Shown in pieces: positions 1-8,931 of a stretch of DNA of 32,000 bases (position 1 is its first letter; every line of letters begins with the position of its first letter). This DNA comes from Desulfocapsa sulfexigens DSM 10523 (GTDB lineage: Bacteria; Desulfobacterota; Desulfobulbia; Desulfobulbales; Desulfocapsaceae). The stretch spans positions 1,380,001-1,412,000 of the forward strand of contig NC_020304.1 in NCBI RefSeq assembly GCF_000341395.1. Direction: 5' to 3'. Position numbers and translations under genes: made by a program. Below the pieces are notes generated by a model. The model had not been told where the DNA came from and made no database searches. It saw only the letters and a list, made by a program, of their open reading frames with translations.

Positions 1-836
1 ACATCTTGAGAAACAGTGTGTATTATAGACCCAAATCGGTCAGCGAAAAAGACCTGCTGCTGATGCGGCAAATTGATGAGCTTCATTTGGAGCATCCATT
101 TATGGGAGCACGGATGCTCCGAGACCAATTGAACCGAGATGGTCTTTCAATTGGTCGCAAACATGTTGGAACCCTGATGAAGCGCATGGGAGTTGAGGCA
201 TTATACAGGAAACCTGGCACAAGTAAAAAGCATCCAGGTCACAAAATCTATCCCTATCTGCTGCGAGGAAAGATTATCGACCAATCCAACCAGGTTTGGG
301 CTCTGGATACGACATATATCCCAATGGCCAAGGGATTTGTCTATCTTACTGCTGTTGTTGACTGGGCAAGCCGGAAAGTATTGGCTGCTAAACTTGCAAT
401 AACCCTTGAAGCTTGCCATGCAGTTGATGTACTCAAGGAAGCCTTTACCCATCATGGCACCCCAGAAATTGTCAACACTGACCAGGGGAGTCAGTTTACC
501 GCAGAAGAGTTTGTCAAGGTAGTACAAGAGAGAGGCTGTAAGCTCAGTATGGATGGACGTGGGGCTTGGCGGGACAATGTATTCGTTGAAAGATTATGGA
601 GATCAGTAAAATACGAACGGGTCTATTTGCATGCTTATGATACAGTTAAAGAAGCTCGGAGGTCTATCATGCAGTACTTTGACTGGTATAACCGCTCAAG
701 ACCTCATTCCCAGTTAGGAAAAAGAACACCAGATGAGGCCTACAACATGATGCTACAGGCAGTTGAGAACGCAGCTTAATCAAAGGCAGAGGCTCCACTT
801 AAAAATGACAGAATACTGTTCAAACAAACTGAGCCA
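1..836 (+). mobile_element. Right part of an IS3-family insertion sequence; left end lies outside the window
   Basis: IS3-type OrfB at the window edge, followed by a plausible terminal sequence ...AGAATACTGTTCAAACAAACTGAGCCA. The flanking minus-strand ORF changes character at this point. The exact end (836-838) is estimated. Confidence 0.75.
6..779 (+). CDS. IS3-family transposase OrfB (DDE/rve integrase core), 5' end probably outside the window
   Basis: Motifs VWALDTTYIPMAKGFVYLTAVVDWASRKVLA, NTDQGSQFTAEEF, DGRGAWRDNVFVERLWRSVKYE and YNRSRPHSQLGKRTPDEAY are typical of IS3 OrfB. Confidence 0.95.
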   Translation: MRNSVYYRPKSVSEKDLLLMRQIDELHLEHPFMGARMLRDQLNRDGLSIGRKHVGTLMKRMGVEALYRKPGTSKKHPGHKIYPYLLRGKIIDQSNQVWALDTTYIPMAKGFVYLTAVVDWASRKVLAAKLAITLEACHAVDVLKEAFTHHGTPEIVNTDQGSQFTAEEFVKVVQERGCKLSMDGRGAWRDNVFVERLWRSVKYERVYLHAYDTVKEARRSIMQYFDWYNRSRPHSQLGKRTPDEAYNMMLQAVENAA

Positions 837-1540
837 CCTCTCTGGTCATACTCTATGGAAGTATCTACAATCCATGGATGAATGTTAATAGCATCTTTCT
901 GATCCGAAAGTTTGAGCTTTGCTTGTAGATTAGCATCATTTACGATGGCCTGAGCCATTGCGTTTTCTTTCTGTCTGAGCTGCTGTGAAGCCTTTCTCAA
1001 CGTTGTGGTTCGATGGATCCAGGCATCCTGTTTAGTCTTTCTGATATATGTCGATTTTACCTCTAAGACTAGAAGATGATTATCCATATAGCAAAGGAGA
1101 TCTACTTCACCTGGATCTTTACCGTTTACCAGATCTGGCTGATAGGAATGAACCACAGCAAACCCTTTGCTTCTAAAAAGATCGCCTAAACGTGACTCGA
1201 TACGATCAGTCTCGCCTTTCCGACCTTTGCGTCGACAGCCAATTCTACGTAAATTATTGATGGCAGCGGTTGAGTTGTTCTGGGATGCCATCAACCATGG
1301 TAGCTGAAAACCATATTTCCCGAGTTTAATGATCGGATTTTCATTTAATTCAGGTGTTGGTGAGTTAGGTGATTTTTTTAAGAATATCGGAAAGTTCTTG
1401 AAGATCGTTAGTCCAGAAATCCAATATAGCCTCAGCCATCCTGATATCACCATCTGGATCCGAATCGGTAACCATCCATGACTTGATTCTCTGTGCTTTT
1501 TCCTTTGGTCCCGCCCATGTAAGAGGGAAACGATTCTCAC
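776..1540 (-). pseudogene. 3' fragment of a large protein: PD-(D/E)XK-like nuclease domain, out of frame with the upstream ORF and with its C-terminus replaced by IS3 sequence
   Basis: GETDRIESRLGDLFRSKGFAVVHSYQPDLVNGKDPGEVDLLCYMDNHLLVLEVKSTY fits an E...D-x(n)-E-x-K nuclease core. Real coding sequence probably starts after the A7 tract at 1373-1379. Residues after ...IVDTSIEYDQR come from the IS. Confidence 0.7.
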
Positions 1541-2834
1541 CGGTTTTTAGGCCTTCTATCATAAGCTGAGAAAGAGCACTGAGCCAATGACCTGAGTCCT
1601 GCTGAAACTCTTGGAACCTTCCAATGTATGAAACATTAAAAAAAGCTGTCATGAGCTCAAGAGAGTGTATAGCCTTGAACAGGTCTACCTGCGTACCATC
1701 CGGTAATGAAATAACCGGATCCATACCGTATATCTCATCCAATTGAAGATACACCTGAATAGCCTTGATGTGCGCCAAGCGATTGGACATTTCATTTTCA
1801 GGCAATCCAGATGGTTGACTCGGCAAATCAGAATTGAAATATTGGATTACTGCCCTGTTGAACCAATAACGATGCAGTGCTGATAATTTTCTGCCATTGA
1901 AATCCCATTCTGACTCCTCAGGTATTTCAATAGGGTATAGCGTTAAATGCTCGCCATCAAATTTATAGCGGTAATCATCGTCCAGACAAAACTCAAAAAT
2001 TGTCAGGTGCAATAAATCATTACGCTTTATTACAGCAGCGACTAGCTTACTGAACACCTCAAGGTTCTTGAGGCTTAAAGAGGGAGATCCTTCTCCAGGT
2101 AACAACATTGGTATTAAATGGCACTTGAGAGATTTTGCCAAAAATCTTTCATTAAGCTTTAGATCATTCTCACCTCTTGATTTCAGCTTCCACATCAAGA
2201 GTTCACTCAAAGCATCCCAAGCGCTTTGATGCAGTTCAATCCATTCGTCGTCGATCATTGATAAATGGAATCTTTCAGGTACGAGATTCTGGAAGGTGAA
2301 TAGACTTGCGTACAAAAGATATTCGAATATTGTCAAATCATCCAGTTGCCTCTGAAGACCAGCGATAGTTTTGTCACATGAGTACAGTTCAGTATGTAAC
2401 CGTTGACAAACGATCAGAAAATCTAGGAAATCTTTATTTCCGTTGTTTGGCAATGACAAGATTTGCTTCCATGGCGGTGAATCAGGTTGAAGAAAAATTT
2501 GAGAATATCTCACACCTCGCTTCAGCGTTTCTGGAGCTTTGAGGAGTAAATCTTTAAATAGTGTTGCGTCTTCAAGGCCGTAATGGAGGGAGCGTCCTAA
2601 TGCAAATGCGACAACATCTGATGAATAAAAGGCATCAGGTAGAGTTCGCCAAAAATGACATTGCCAGAGTGCAGATGATCGAACTTGAGGGGTGTATCCT
2701 TTTTTTACCGGTTTTTCGTCAAGGTAGAGGTGGGCACATGAGTCTACAGCCTGCTCCAAAGAATTGCGGGATTTTAGAGTCTCTTCAAAATGTTTCTGAT
2801 AGGCCTGCCGGCAAAGCTCAGCCTCATTATTCAA
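1365..2834 (-). pseudogene. 5' fragment of the same large protein of unknown function; start region displaced by IS4-family insertion, TTG start only
   Basis: Long 489-codon ORF. It ends just past an A7 tract (T7 on + at 1373-1379), and the +1 frame from that tract continues into the nuclease-bearing ORF. The first codon abuts the IS4 TSD. Confidence 0.7.
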
Positions 2835-2837
2835 AAT

Positions 2838-4088
2838 CAGTGCTGTCTCATAGTTGACTCCACAATAAAAGCTGTGGAGAAACAGGTTGCTGTTTGTCTG
2901 GCGGCCTAAAAAGATCAGTCAGTGCGCGTCGTTCAAACAGGTTAAGTTGTAAAACTCTTAGTATTTGCTGCATGGATGCACCCAATTTGGCTTTGAAATT
3001 GAGATATGCAATCAGCAGGTAGACACACAATGCTATCCAGACTTGGGTAAGTACCGCGTTTCTTGATGTACCCAAGAATGTTTTTATTTTGAGGTTTTGC
3101 TTGATCCATTTGAAGAATTGTTCGATCTGCCACCGCTCTTTGTAGATTGCCGCAATTTCAGCAGCTTTTAGATGGTGAGCATTTGTGACAAAACGGTATT
3201 CTTGACCAGTTTCCAGATCAGTATAAGCAACAAGCCGAAGTGGACCTTTAATACCCTTGAGTTTGATTTGCTGATCGTTAGTAACACCAGGACTTTTTCT
3301 ACCAGCTCGCTTAAGGAGGTATTCAACATCAGCATTGCTTTTTAATCGAGTAACGAAGAAGATCCCGTCTTTCATGAGAGAGGAATACCAGCCATAATCT
3401 GTAAATCCTCGGTCAAAGACAGCGAATGACCCTTTGGGAAGTTTGAGTGTTTCTTTTGCCCAATTGATTTCGTGGACTTTGCCATCGGTCATGTCCATAA
3501 AGGTAGGGAGATAGCCGTCTGAATCTATGCCCATATGGAGTTTGATAGCACCTTTTCTTTTACGGAATTTGGCCCAGGGGAAGACAGAAAGGCAAAGATC
3601 AATAGTTGTTGTATCAAGTAGGTACAGCTTGTTTTTGAAAGAAAACTTATGACCTGGTGTCACTAGTTGGCACTTTTCCAACAGATCAAAGAAGACAGTT
3701 TCGAAAAGAGATGCAGGCTGTTTCTCATTCACTCGTGCCAGCGTGGCCCGTGAGGTCTGTTTCATGCCGAGATGATATAAGCGACGTTGCTGTGCCTTCA
3801 AATTATCGGTGATATCACGAAGACTTTTTCTACCAGAAAGTTGTCCTATCAGCATTGCCATGAACTGGCTCCAGCGGTTATAGGACCTGAATTTCTGGCC
3901 TGAATGATGAGATTCAGCATGCTTGTCAAAATCATGTCTATTGATAAGTGAAGTAATTTGACTAAGAATTGTGTTATAATATGCCATGGCTCGGATCTCC
4001 TTGTGTTTAATGGCTTTTTGGTCGAATTCATTATAACACAAAGGGCTCTCCGAGCCTCTTTTTATTGACTAACTATGAGACAGCACTG
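2838..4088 (-). mobile_element. Complete IS4-family insertion sequence (1251 bp) with 18-bp TIRs and 9-bp target site duplication
   Basis: TIR CAGTGCTGTCTCATAGTT at 2838-2855 and its reverse complement AACTATGAGACAGCACTG at 4071-4088. Direct repeat ATTCAAAAT at 2829-2837 and 4089-4097. Confidence 0.93.
2848..3987 (-). CDS. IS4-family transposase (N-terminal DUF4372-like domain plus DDE Tnp_1)
   Basis: LYLLDTTTIDLCLSVFPWAKFRKRKGAIKLHMGID, VFDRGFTDY, YKERWQIEQFFKWIKQNLKIKTFLGTS. The likely start is MAYYNTIL, preceded by AAGGAG; the listed ORF extends to 4041. The stop codon lies inside the TIR. Confidence 0.93.
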   Translation of the reverse strand: MAYYNTILSQITSLINRHDFDKHAESHHSGQKFRSYNRWSQFMAMLIGQLSGRKSLRDITDNLKAQQRRLYHLGMKQTSRATLARVNEKQPASLFETVFFDLLEKCQLVTPGHKFSFKNKLYLLDTTTIDLCLSVFPWAKFRKRKGAIKLHMGIDSDGYLPTFMDMTDGKVHEINWAKETLKLPKGSFAVFDRGFTDYGWYSSLMKDGIFFVTRLKSNADVEYLLKRAGRKSPGVTNDQQIKLKGIKGPLRLVAYTDLETGQEYRFVTNAHHLKAAEIAAIYKERWQIEQFFKWIKQNLKIKTFLGTSRNAVLTQVWIALCVYLLIAYLNFKAKLGASMQQILRVLQLNLFERRALTDLFRPPDKQQPVSPQLLLWSQL

Positions 4089-4295
4089 ATTCAAAATCAT
4101 TAAAATGTGGCCGCTCCAGGCTTACTCACCAGTAACTCGATTTCTTAATATATTTTTTACAGTAGGCCATCTCTCATACCGCCATTTTCTCTTTTGACAC
4201 TTGGGATCTGTACCTGCTCCACTTTTCAATAATTCTGACTTTAACGTTAAGGCTACAAAATCGGCCGAACTATCACATAACATGCGGAGATAAAG

Positions 4296-5288
4296 TCAGT
4301 TAACAACGACCTGCCAGTCAACCATTGCCAGTCTTTCTCGAATTTGCGCAAGGGTTGCCAACAGTTCTTGCTCATCAGGTAAATTACCATAAACCAGTCC
4401 ACTAAAATCATTTGTATATGTCGACTTAAGTTGTTGCCAGCAACCTTCAACATCCATAAAAATCAAAGCTTCTGCTGGGTGATGGACCAACCACTCGTTA
4501 TTGTTTCTAAAGCTCACGACATCATCTTGCGCGACCTTACAGATAAATTGCTCAAATTCACTCGAATTGAAAAATGTTTTCAGTTCACCATCCCTGAGCA
4601 TCCTATGCAAGTCATAAATATGGCGAATCTTCATTCTCAAGTCATCTATGGGATTCGCACTGTAGGAAAATCGAACCAAACTCATTATTTTCTCACACAG
4701 CGTCCTCGTCAACTCAAGGGCATATACTTGAAAGGGTAATAAGGCATATTCAGCAGCCATATCTTCCTGGCCGCGCTCAACCATCATATCGTAAATATAT
4801 GAAGATACCCGCCGAGGGCTATAAGGCTCATAATAACCAAACCATGTGGCTTCAACTACAATCACATCCCTGACTTGACCAAAAATACCCGGGCAGGTTA
4901 CAGGATAACGGTGAGCAGTCTTACGATTCATACCCATTTTTCTTGTCAAACCTTCCAGCTCAACTTCAGGCAACAAGAGATTCACGACCTGGCCAATCTT
5001 CCTTATCTTTTTTTTCAGTTGGTTGTCAGTTTCTTCTTCGTCATGCTTAACCACTAAATCAATATCTTCTGAAAAACGTTCAATAATGCCAAAACATTTC
5101 GAGAGAGCAGTCCCACCTTTAAAGACAGTATGCTCCCCAATAGAATCCTGAAAAACAGCACGTAAAACGTATGTCACCCAGTAATCTTTCTCGATAAATA
5201 TCTCTGGAATACTCAACATTTCAGACGTTGCAGTTACTGCCTGTCGGAAAAGACGTTTGTCTTCATGCAGTCTCATTTGATACACCAC
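4296..5288 (-). CDS. AbiEii/AbiGii-family nucleotidyltransferase toxin (type IV toxin-antitoxin)
   Basis: FIEKDYWVTYVLRAVF, FKGGTALSKCFGIIERFSEDIDLVV (nucleotidyltransferase G-G...D-x-D signature). Overlaps the upstream antitoxin ORF by 16 bp. Confidence 0.88.
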   Translation of the reverse strand: MVYQMRLHEDKRLFRQAVTATSEMLSIPEIFIEKDYWVTYVLRAVFQDSIGEHTVFKGGTALSKCFGIIERFSEDIDLVVKHDEEETDNQLKKKIRKIGQVVNLLLPEVELEGLTRKMGMNRKTAHRYPVTCPGIFGQVRDVIVVEATWFGYYEPYSPRRVSSYIYDMMVERGQEDMAAEYALLPFQVYALELTRTLCEKIMSLVRFSYSANPIDDLRMKIRHIYDLHRMLRDGELKTFFNSSEFEQFICKVAQDDVVSFRNNNEWLVHHPAEALIFMDVEGCWQQLKSTYTNDFSGLVYGNLPDEQELLATLAQIRERLAMVDWQVVVN

Positions 5289-5998
5289 TCAGACGCTGAA
5301 GAAAACACACCAGAAACCCCTGGAATTTTATAGATTGTGATGGGATTTAACGATTTCCTTAGCTTCTCTGTAAGTCTCACTTTGCCCAAACTATCCAAGA
5401 TAACTCCAAGTAAAGCTCTCGTTGAGGGGGGATATTTTAATGCCAGCCGAACCAATACCTCCAACTCTTTTTCAGATAACTTTGACATTAAGCTCTGTAT
5501 AACCTTACAGCTCCGATCTGTTTTCGAGTCAGGTATTTTTTTTATAAACCGCAAGACATCAAGCAGCTGCAGGAGGGGGATATTTTCTCTCGTGATTGTA
5601 TTTTTCTGTTTAACAAAAGAAATACTATATTTCCCACGCTTCATTGAGGAACGAACCTCGTTCTTGCCAATCTGGATGGTATTGCTCACCTGAGTTGTCA
5701 AACCCAATGTGTTATAAATACTAAGACCAGTCAGATAACCTTCCACTCGCCCATCACGTTCAAGCAAATCCTTGACTACTTGATATTGGTTAGGTGGAAG
5801 CTCACCAAAAGGAGATTGTTCTGGCTTATAATATTTACCCTTAGCAAGTTTTGCGATTTCTCCAGACGCAGCAAGTCTATTCAAAGCTTTAATCAAGCCC
5901 TCCTTGCTCTCTACCATGTCGACAAAATCGATAAAGGTAAAGACATAACCTTTGGCGAATCTAGCCACCTTAGACCTTATGATGTCAGATATATTCAT
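5273..5998 (-). CDS. AbiEi/DUF6088-like antitoxin/transcriptional regulator
   Basis: N-terminal pattern IRSKVARFAKGYVFTFIDFVDMVESKEGLIKALNRLAASGEIAKLAKGKYYKP is typical of the winged-helix AbiEi/DUF6088 type. Located immediately upstream of and overlapping the AbiEii-like gene. Confidence 0.82.
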   Translation of the reverse strand: MNISDIIRSKVARFAKGYVFTFIDFVDMVESKEGLIKALNRLAASGEIAKLAKGKYYKPEQSPFGELPPNQYQVVKDLLERDGRVEGYLTGLSIYNTLGLTTQVSNTIQIGKNEVRSSMKRGKYSISFVKQKNTITRENIPLLQLLDVLRFIKKIPDSKTDRSCKVIQSLMSKLSEKELEVLVRLALKYPPSTRALLGVILDSLGKVRLTEKLRKSLNPITIYKIPGVSGVFSSASEWCIK

Positions 5999-6029
5999 AA
6001 TAAAAAGAATAGCACCACAAATGATTAAT

Positions 6030-6057
6030 GTCCAGTTTTTATCGCTAAAAACTGGAC
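6030..6057. promoter_or_regulatory. Perfect 11-bp inverted repeat upstream of the AbiE-like operon (candidate operator)
   Basis: GTCCAGTTTTT (6030-6040) - ATCGCT - AAAAACTGGAC (6047-6057), about 32 bp upstream of the antitoxin start codon. Confidence 0.6.
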
Positions 6058-6074
6058 GGTTGGATGGTGATTAG

Positions 6075-6110
6075 TTGGTGTAGGTGAATTGTTACACCAT
6101 TGTTACACCA
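6075..6110. repeat. Tandem 11-bp direct repeats plus inverted half-site upstream of the AbiE-like operon
   Basis: TTGTTACACCA at 6089-6099 and 6100-6110. TTGGTGTA at 6075-6082 is inverted relative to TACACCAA (6105-6112). Confidence 0.65.
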
Positions 6111-6464
6111 AACAAAACAAGATCATTTTCCTCCGCATTGGTGGCAAGTGGTAGGCGATTAGCCGGGGGCAAAGGCTCATAGAAATTAAGAAACTTATAA
6201 AAGACATGACATTCAATCTGAAACGGCGATGCCCAGCCTTCGGATGGTGGCATTTTGACATGACGGCATAACACAATACCGTCAAATGTTAATAACTGCA
6301 TATTCCAGACGATTCCGGCCACCGATTCCAGAGTAAACCGGCCACTCATTCCACGTGATTCCGGCCACCGATTCCATTTCATTCCGGCCAGTGATTCCAG
6401 AGGAATCCGGTCACCCCAAATAGGGAGTAGCGACGCATAGAACCAACTGGTAGAGAGTGCCTTT

Positions 6465-8042
6465 TTGAATAAAATTCAAGGAGGGCTCATGCCGAAGAAG
6501 AGGTTATCTATGCGAAAAATTAGAGAGGTACTACGACTCAAGTATGAACTTGGGCACAGTAACCGTGAAATTTCCCGTAGCTGCGGTATTGGCAGCAGCA
6601 CGGTAAGTGACTATTTACAACGAACCAAAAGAGCAGATCTGGGTTGGCCCCTTCCTGACGACCTAAGCGACAGCAGCCTTGAACAAACCCTTTTCCCTCC
6701 ACCGCCTCCACCGGGGACAAGCCGGCTAATTCCAGATTTCTCTGAGATCCACAAAGAGCTCCAATCCAAACGAGGGGTTACCCTGAACCTGCTGTGGCAG
6801 GAATACAAAGAGCAGCATCCTGACGGCTACCAGTACAGCTGGTTCTGCCATAGTTACCGGGATTGGGCCGGCAAGCTTGATCTGGTCATGCGCCATGAAC
6901 ACCGAGCCGGTGAGAAACTGTTTGTCGACTACGCAGGCCAAACCGTCGATGTCGTTGACCAACACACCGGAGAAATCACAAAGGCTCAGGTCTTTGTTGC
7001 GGTCCTTGGTGCCAGCAACTACACCTATGCTGAGGCCACTCCCAGCCAGAAGATTGAGGATTGGATCGGTTCACATGTCCGTACATTTGCTTTCCTGGGT
7101 GGGGTTCCGGAAGTTGTCGTTCCAGATAACCTGAAAAGTGGCGTCACAAAAGCCTGCCGTTACGAACCTGACCTTAATCCCACTTATCATGATCTGGCCC
7201 GACATTATCAAACCGTGGTGCTGCCTGCAAGGGTTAGAAAACCAAGGGACAAGGCCAAGGCTGAGGCCGGTGTATTGCTGGTGGAACGCTGGATTCTGGC
7301 AAAACTCCGTAAACATACTTTCTTCAACATTGACGATCTCAATCGCGAAATAGGCAAACTCCTTGAGCAACTGAACAACAAGCCTTTCAAGAAGTTATCC
7401 GGCAGCCGTAAAAGTCGCTTTGAAGAACTGGACAAACCTGCCCTGAAACAACTTCCAGCCAGCCCTTATGAATTATCCTACTGGAAAAAGGCCACTGTAC
7501 ATATCGACTATCATGTGGAGGTCGAGGGACATTACTATTCCGTTCCATATAACCTGGTCAAAAAACAGATTGAGGTGCGCTATACCAAAAGCACGGTTGA
7601 GTGTTACTTTCGTGGTAAACGGGTGGCCAGTCACATCCGGGAGAATCAACGAGGGCACCACACTACCGTCAAAGAGCATATGCCTGTCAACCACCGAAAG
7701 TACATGGAGTGGAATCCGGACAGGTTCAAGCGCTGGGCTGCCAAGGTCGGGCCGGAGACACTCTGCCTCACAGAGACGCTTCTTGTAAAAAGAGCTCACC
7801 CACAACAGGCCTATCGCACTTTGCTGGGCATTCTCCGTCTTGGCAAAGCCTATGGAGATTCACGCCTTGAGGCAGCATGCCATCGGGCCCTGCATATCAA
7901 CGCCCTTTCTTACCGCTCAGTGGAATCCATACTCAAAAGCGGCCTTGATCAGAAGCCACTACCGAAGCCGGCTACAGAGGACAAGCCGGTTAATCACGCA
8001 AATATCCGTGGCTCTCAGTATTATTCTCCCTCAACCCACTAA
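6465..8042 (+). CDS. istA: IS21-family transposase IstA; start may be the internal ATG of MPKKRLSMRK at 6489
   Basis: N-terminal HTH (IREVLRLKYELGHSNREISRSCGIGSSTVSDYLQRT), rve core (GEKLFVDYAGQTVDVVD... VVPDNLKSGV), Mu-type C-terminal region. Confidence 0.95.
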   Translation: MNKIQGGLMPKKRLSMRKIREVLRLKYELGHSNREISRSCGIGSSTVSDYLQRTKRADLGWPLPDDLSDSSLEQTLFPPPPPPGTSRLIPDFSEIHKELQSKRGVTLNLLWQEYKEQHPDGYQYSWFCHSYRDWAGKLDLVMRHEHRAGEKLFVDYAGQTVDVVDQHTGEITKAQVFVAVLGASNYTYAEATPSQKIEDWIGSHVRTFAFLGGVPEVVVPDNLKSGVTKACRYEPDLNPTYHDLARHYQTVVLPARVRKPRDKAKAEAGVLLVERWILAKLRKHTFFNIDDLNREIGKLLEQLNNKPFKKLSGSRKSRFEELDKPALKQLPASPYELSYWKKATVHIDYHVEVEGHYYSVPYNLVKKQIEVRYTKSTVECYFRGKRVASHIRENQRGHHTTVKEHMPVNHRKYMEWNPDRFKRWAAKVGPETLCLTETLLVKRAHPQQAYRTLLGILRLGKAYGDSRLEAACHRALHINALSYRSVESILKSGLDQKPLPKPATEDKPVNHANIRGSQYYSPSTH

Positions 8043-8062
8043 AACAAAAAGGAAACGATAAA

Positions 8063-8800
8063 ATGCTTCTGCATCCAACACTTGAAAAACTCACAACTCT
8101 TCGATTCACCGGCATGGCCGCAGCACTCCAGGAACAGATGGACATGGACACTGCAGATAACCTGGGTTTCGAAGAACGCCTCGGTCTGTTACTTGACCGC
8201 GAGCAGGCGGTCAGGGAAACCAGAAAACTTCAGACCAGACTCAGAAAGGCAAAGCTGCGGCAGGATGGCTCAATCGAGGATGTAGACTTCCGTCATCCGC
8301 GTGGTCTGGATAGGTCACTGGTAACCAGGCTGGCTGACTGCAACTGGATAAAGGAACATACCAATCTGCTTATTACCGGCCCCACTGGAGTCGGCAAATC
8401 CTATCTTGCCTGTGCCTTGGCCCAAAAGGCATGCAGAGAAGGCTATAGTGCTCTCTATCTCCGTCTGAGTAAACTCTTTGAAGATCTGGCTCTTGCCAAG
8501 GGGGATGGCCGTTATCTGAAGTTACTGACTGTCTATTCAAAAACAGATCTATTGGTACTTGATGACTATGGACTGGCCACACTCAACCAGGAGCAACGCC
8601 ATGATTTACTAGAAATACTGGAAGACAGACACGGCCTCAAATCTACCTTGGTAACCAGTCAATTACCGGTAGAGCACTGGCATGAGCGGATCGGAGATCC
8701 GACTTTAGCCGACGCCATTCTTGACCGTCTGGTACATGCCGCTCACAAAATCAAACTGAAAGGAGAATCTATGAGAAAAAAGAAAGCACGCTTGACGTGA
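8063..8800 (+). CDS. istB: IS21-family helper ATPase IstB
   Basis: Walker A GPTGVGKSYLACALAQKA, Walker B DLLVLDDYG, TLVTSQLPVEHWHERIGDPTLADAILDRLVHAAHKIKLKGESMRKK. Confidence 0.97.
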   Translation: MLLHPTLEKLTTLRFTGMAAALQEQMDMDTADNLGFEERLGLLLDREQAVRETRKLQTRLRKAKLRQDGSIEDVDFRHPRGLDRSLVTRLADCNWIKEHTNLLITGPTGVGKSYLACALAQKACREGYSALYLRLSKLFEDLALAKGDGRYLKLLTVYSKTDLLVLDDYGLATLNQEQRHDLLEILEDRHGLKSTLVTSQLPVEHWHERIGDPTLADAILDRLVHAAHKIKLKGESMRKKKARLT

Positions 8801-8931
8801 GAGCAACACACAGAGTAAGAAGGAAATATTCGCGTCGCTACGCTCCGACACCCTGGCCGGAATCCTCTGGACTGGGTGGCCGCTTTGCCGTGGAATTACT
8901 GGCCGGAATCAAGTGGACTGGGTGGCCGGAT

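Noticed and set aside
4100-4295. Possible additional gene or structured element upstream of the nuclease gene and next to the AbiEii-like gene
   Set aside because: No convincing ORF or clean inverted repeat found. It may be a mobile-element remnant but I cannot support a call.
6092-6382. Minus-strand ORF of 96 aa crossing the IS21 left end
   Set aside because: It spans the IS boundary and its N-terminal part is the antisense of IS21 terminal repeats. No recognisable domain.
6301-6420. Repeated GATTCCGGCC-type units resembling a short repeat array or CRISPR
   Set aside because: Spacing is irregular, copies are few, and they sit at the end of an IS21-family element, where multiple terminal repeats are expected. 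No cas genes.
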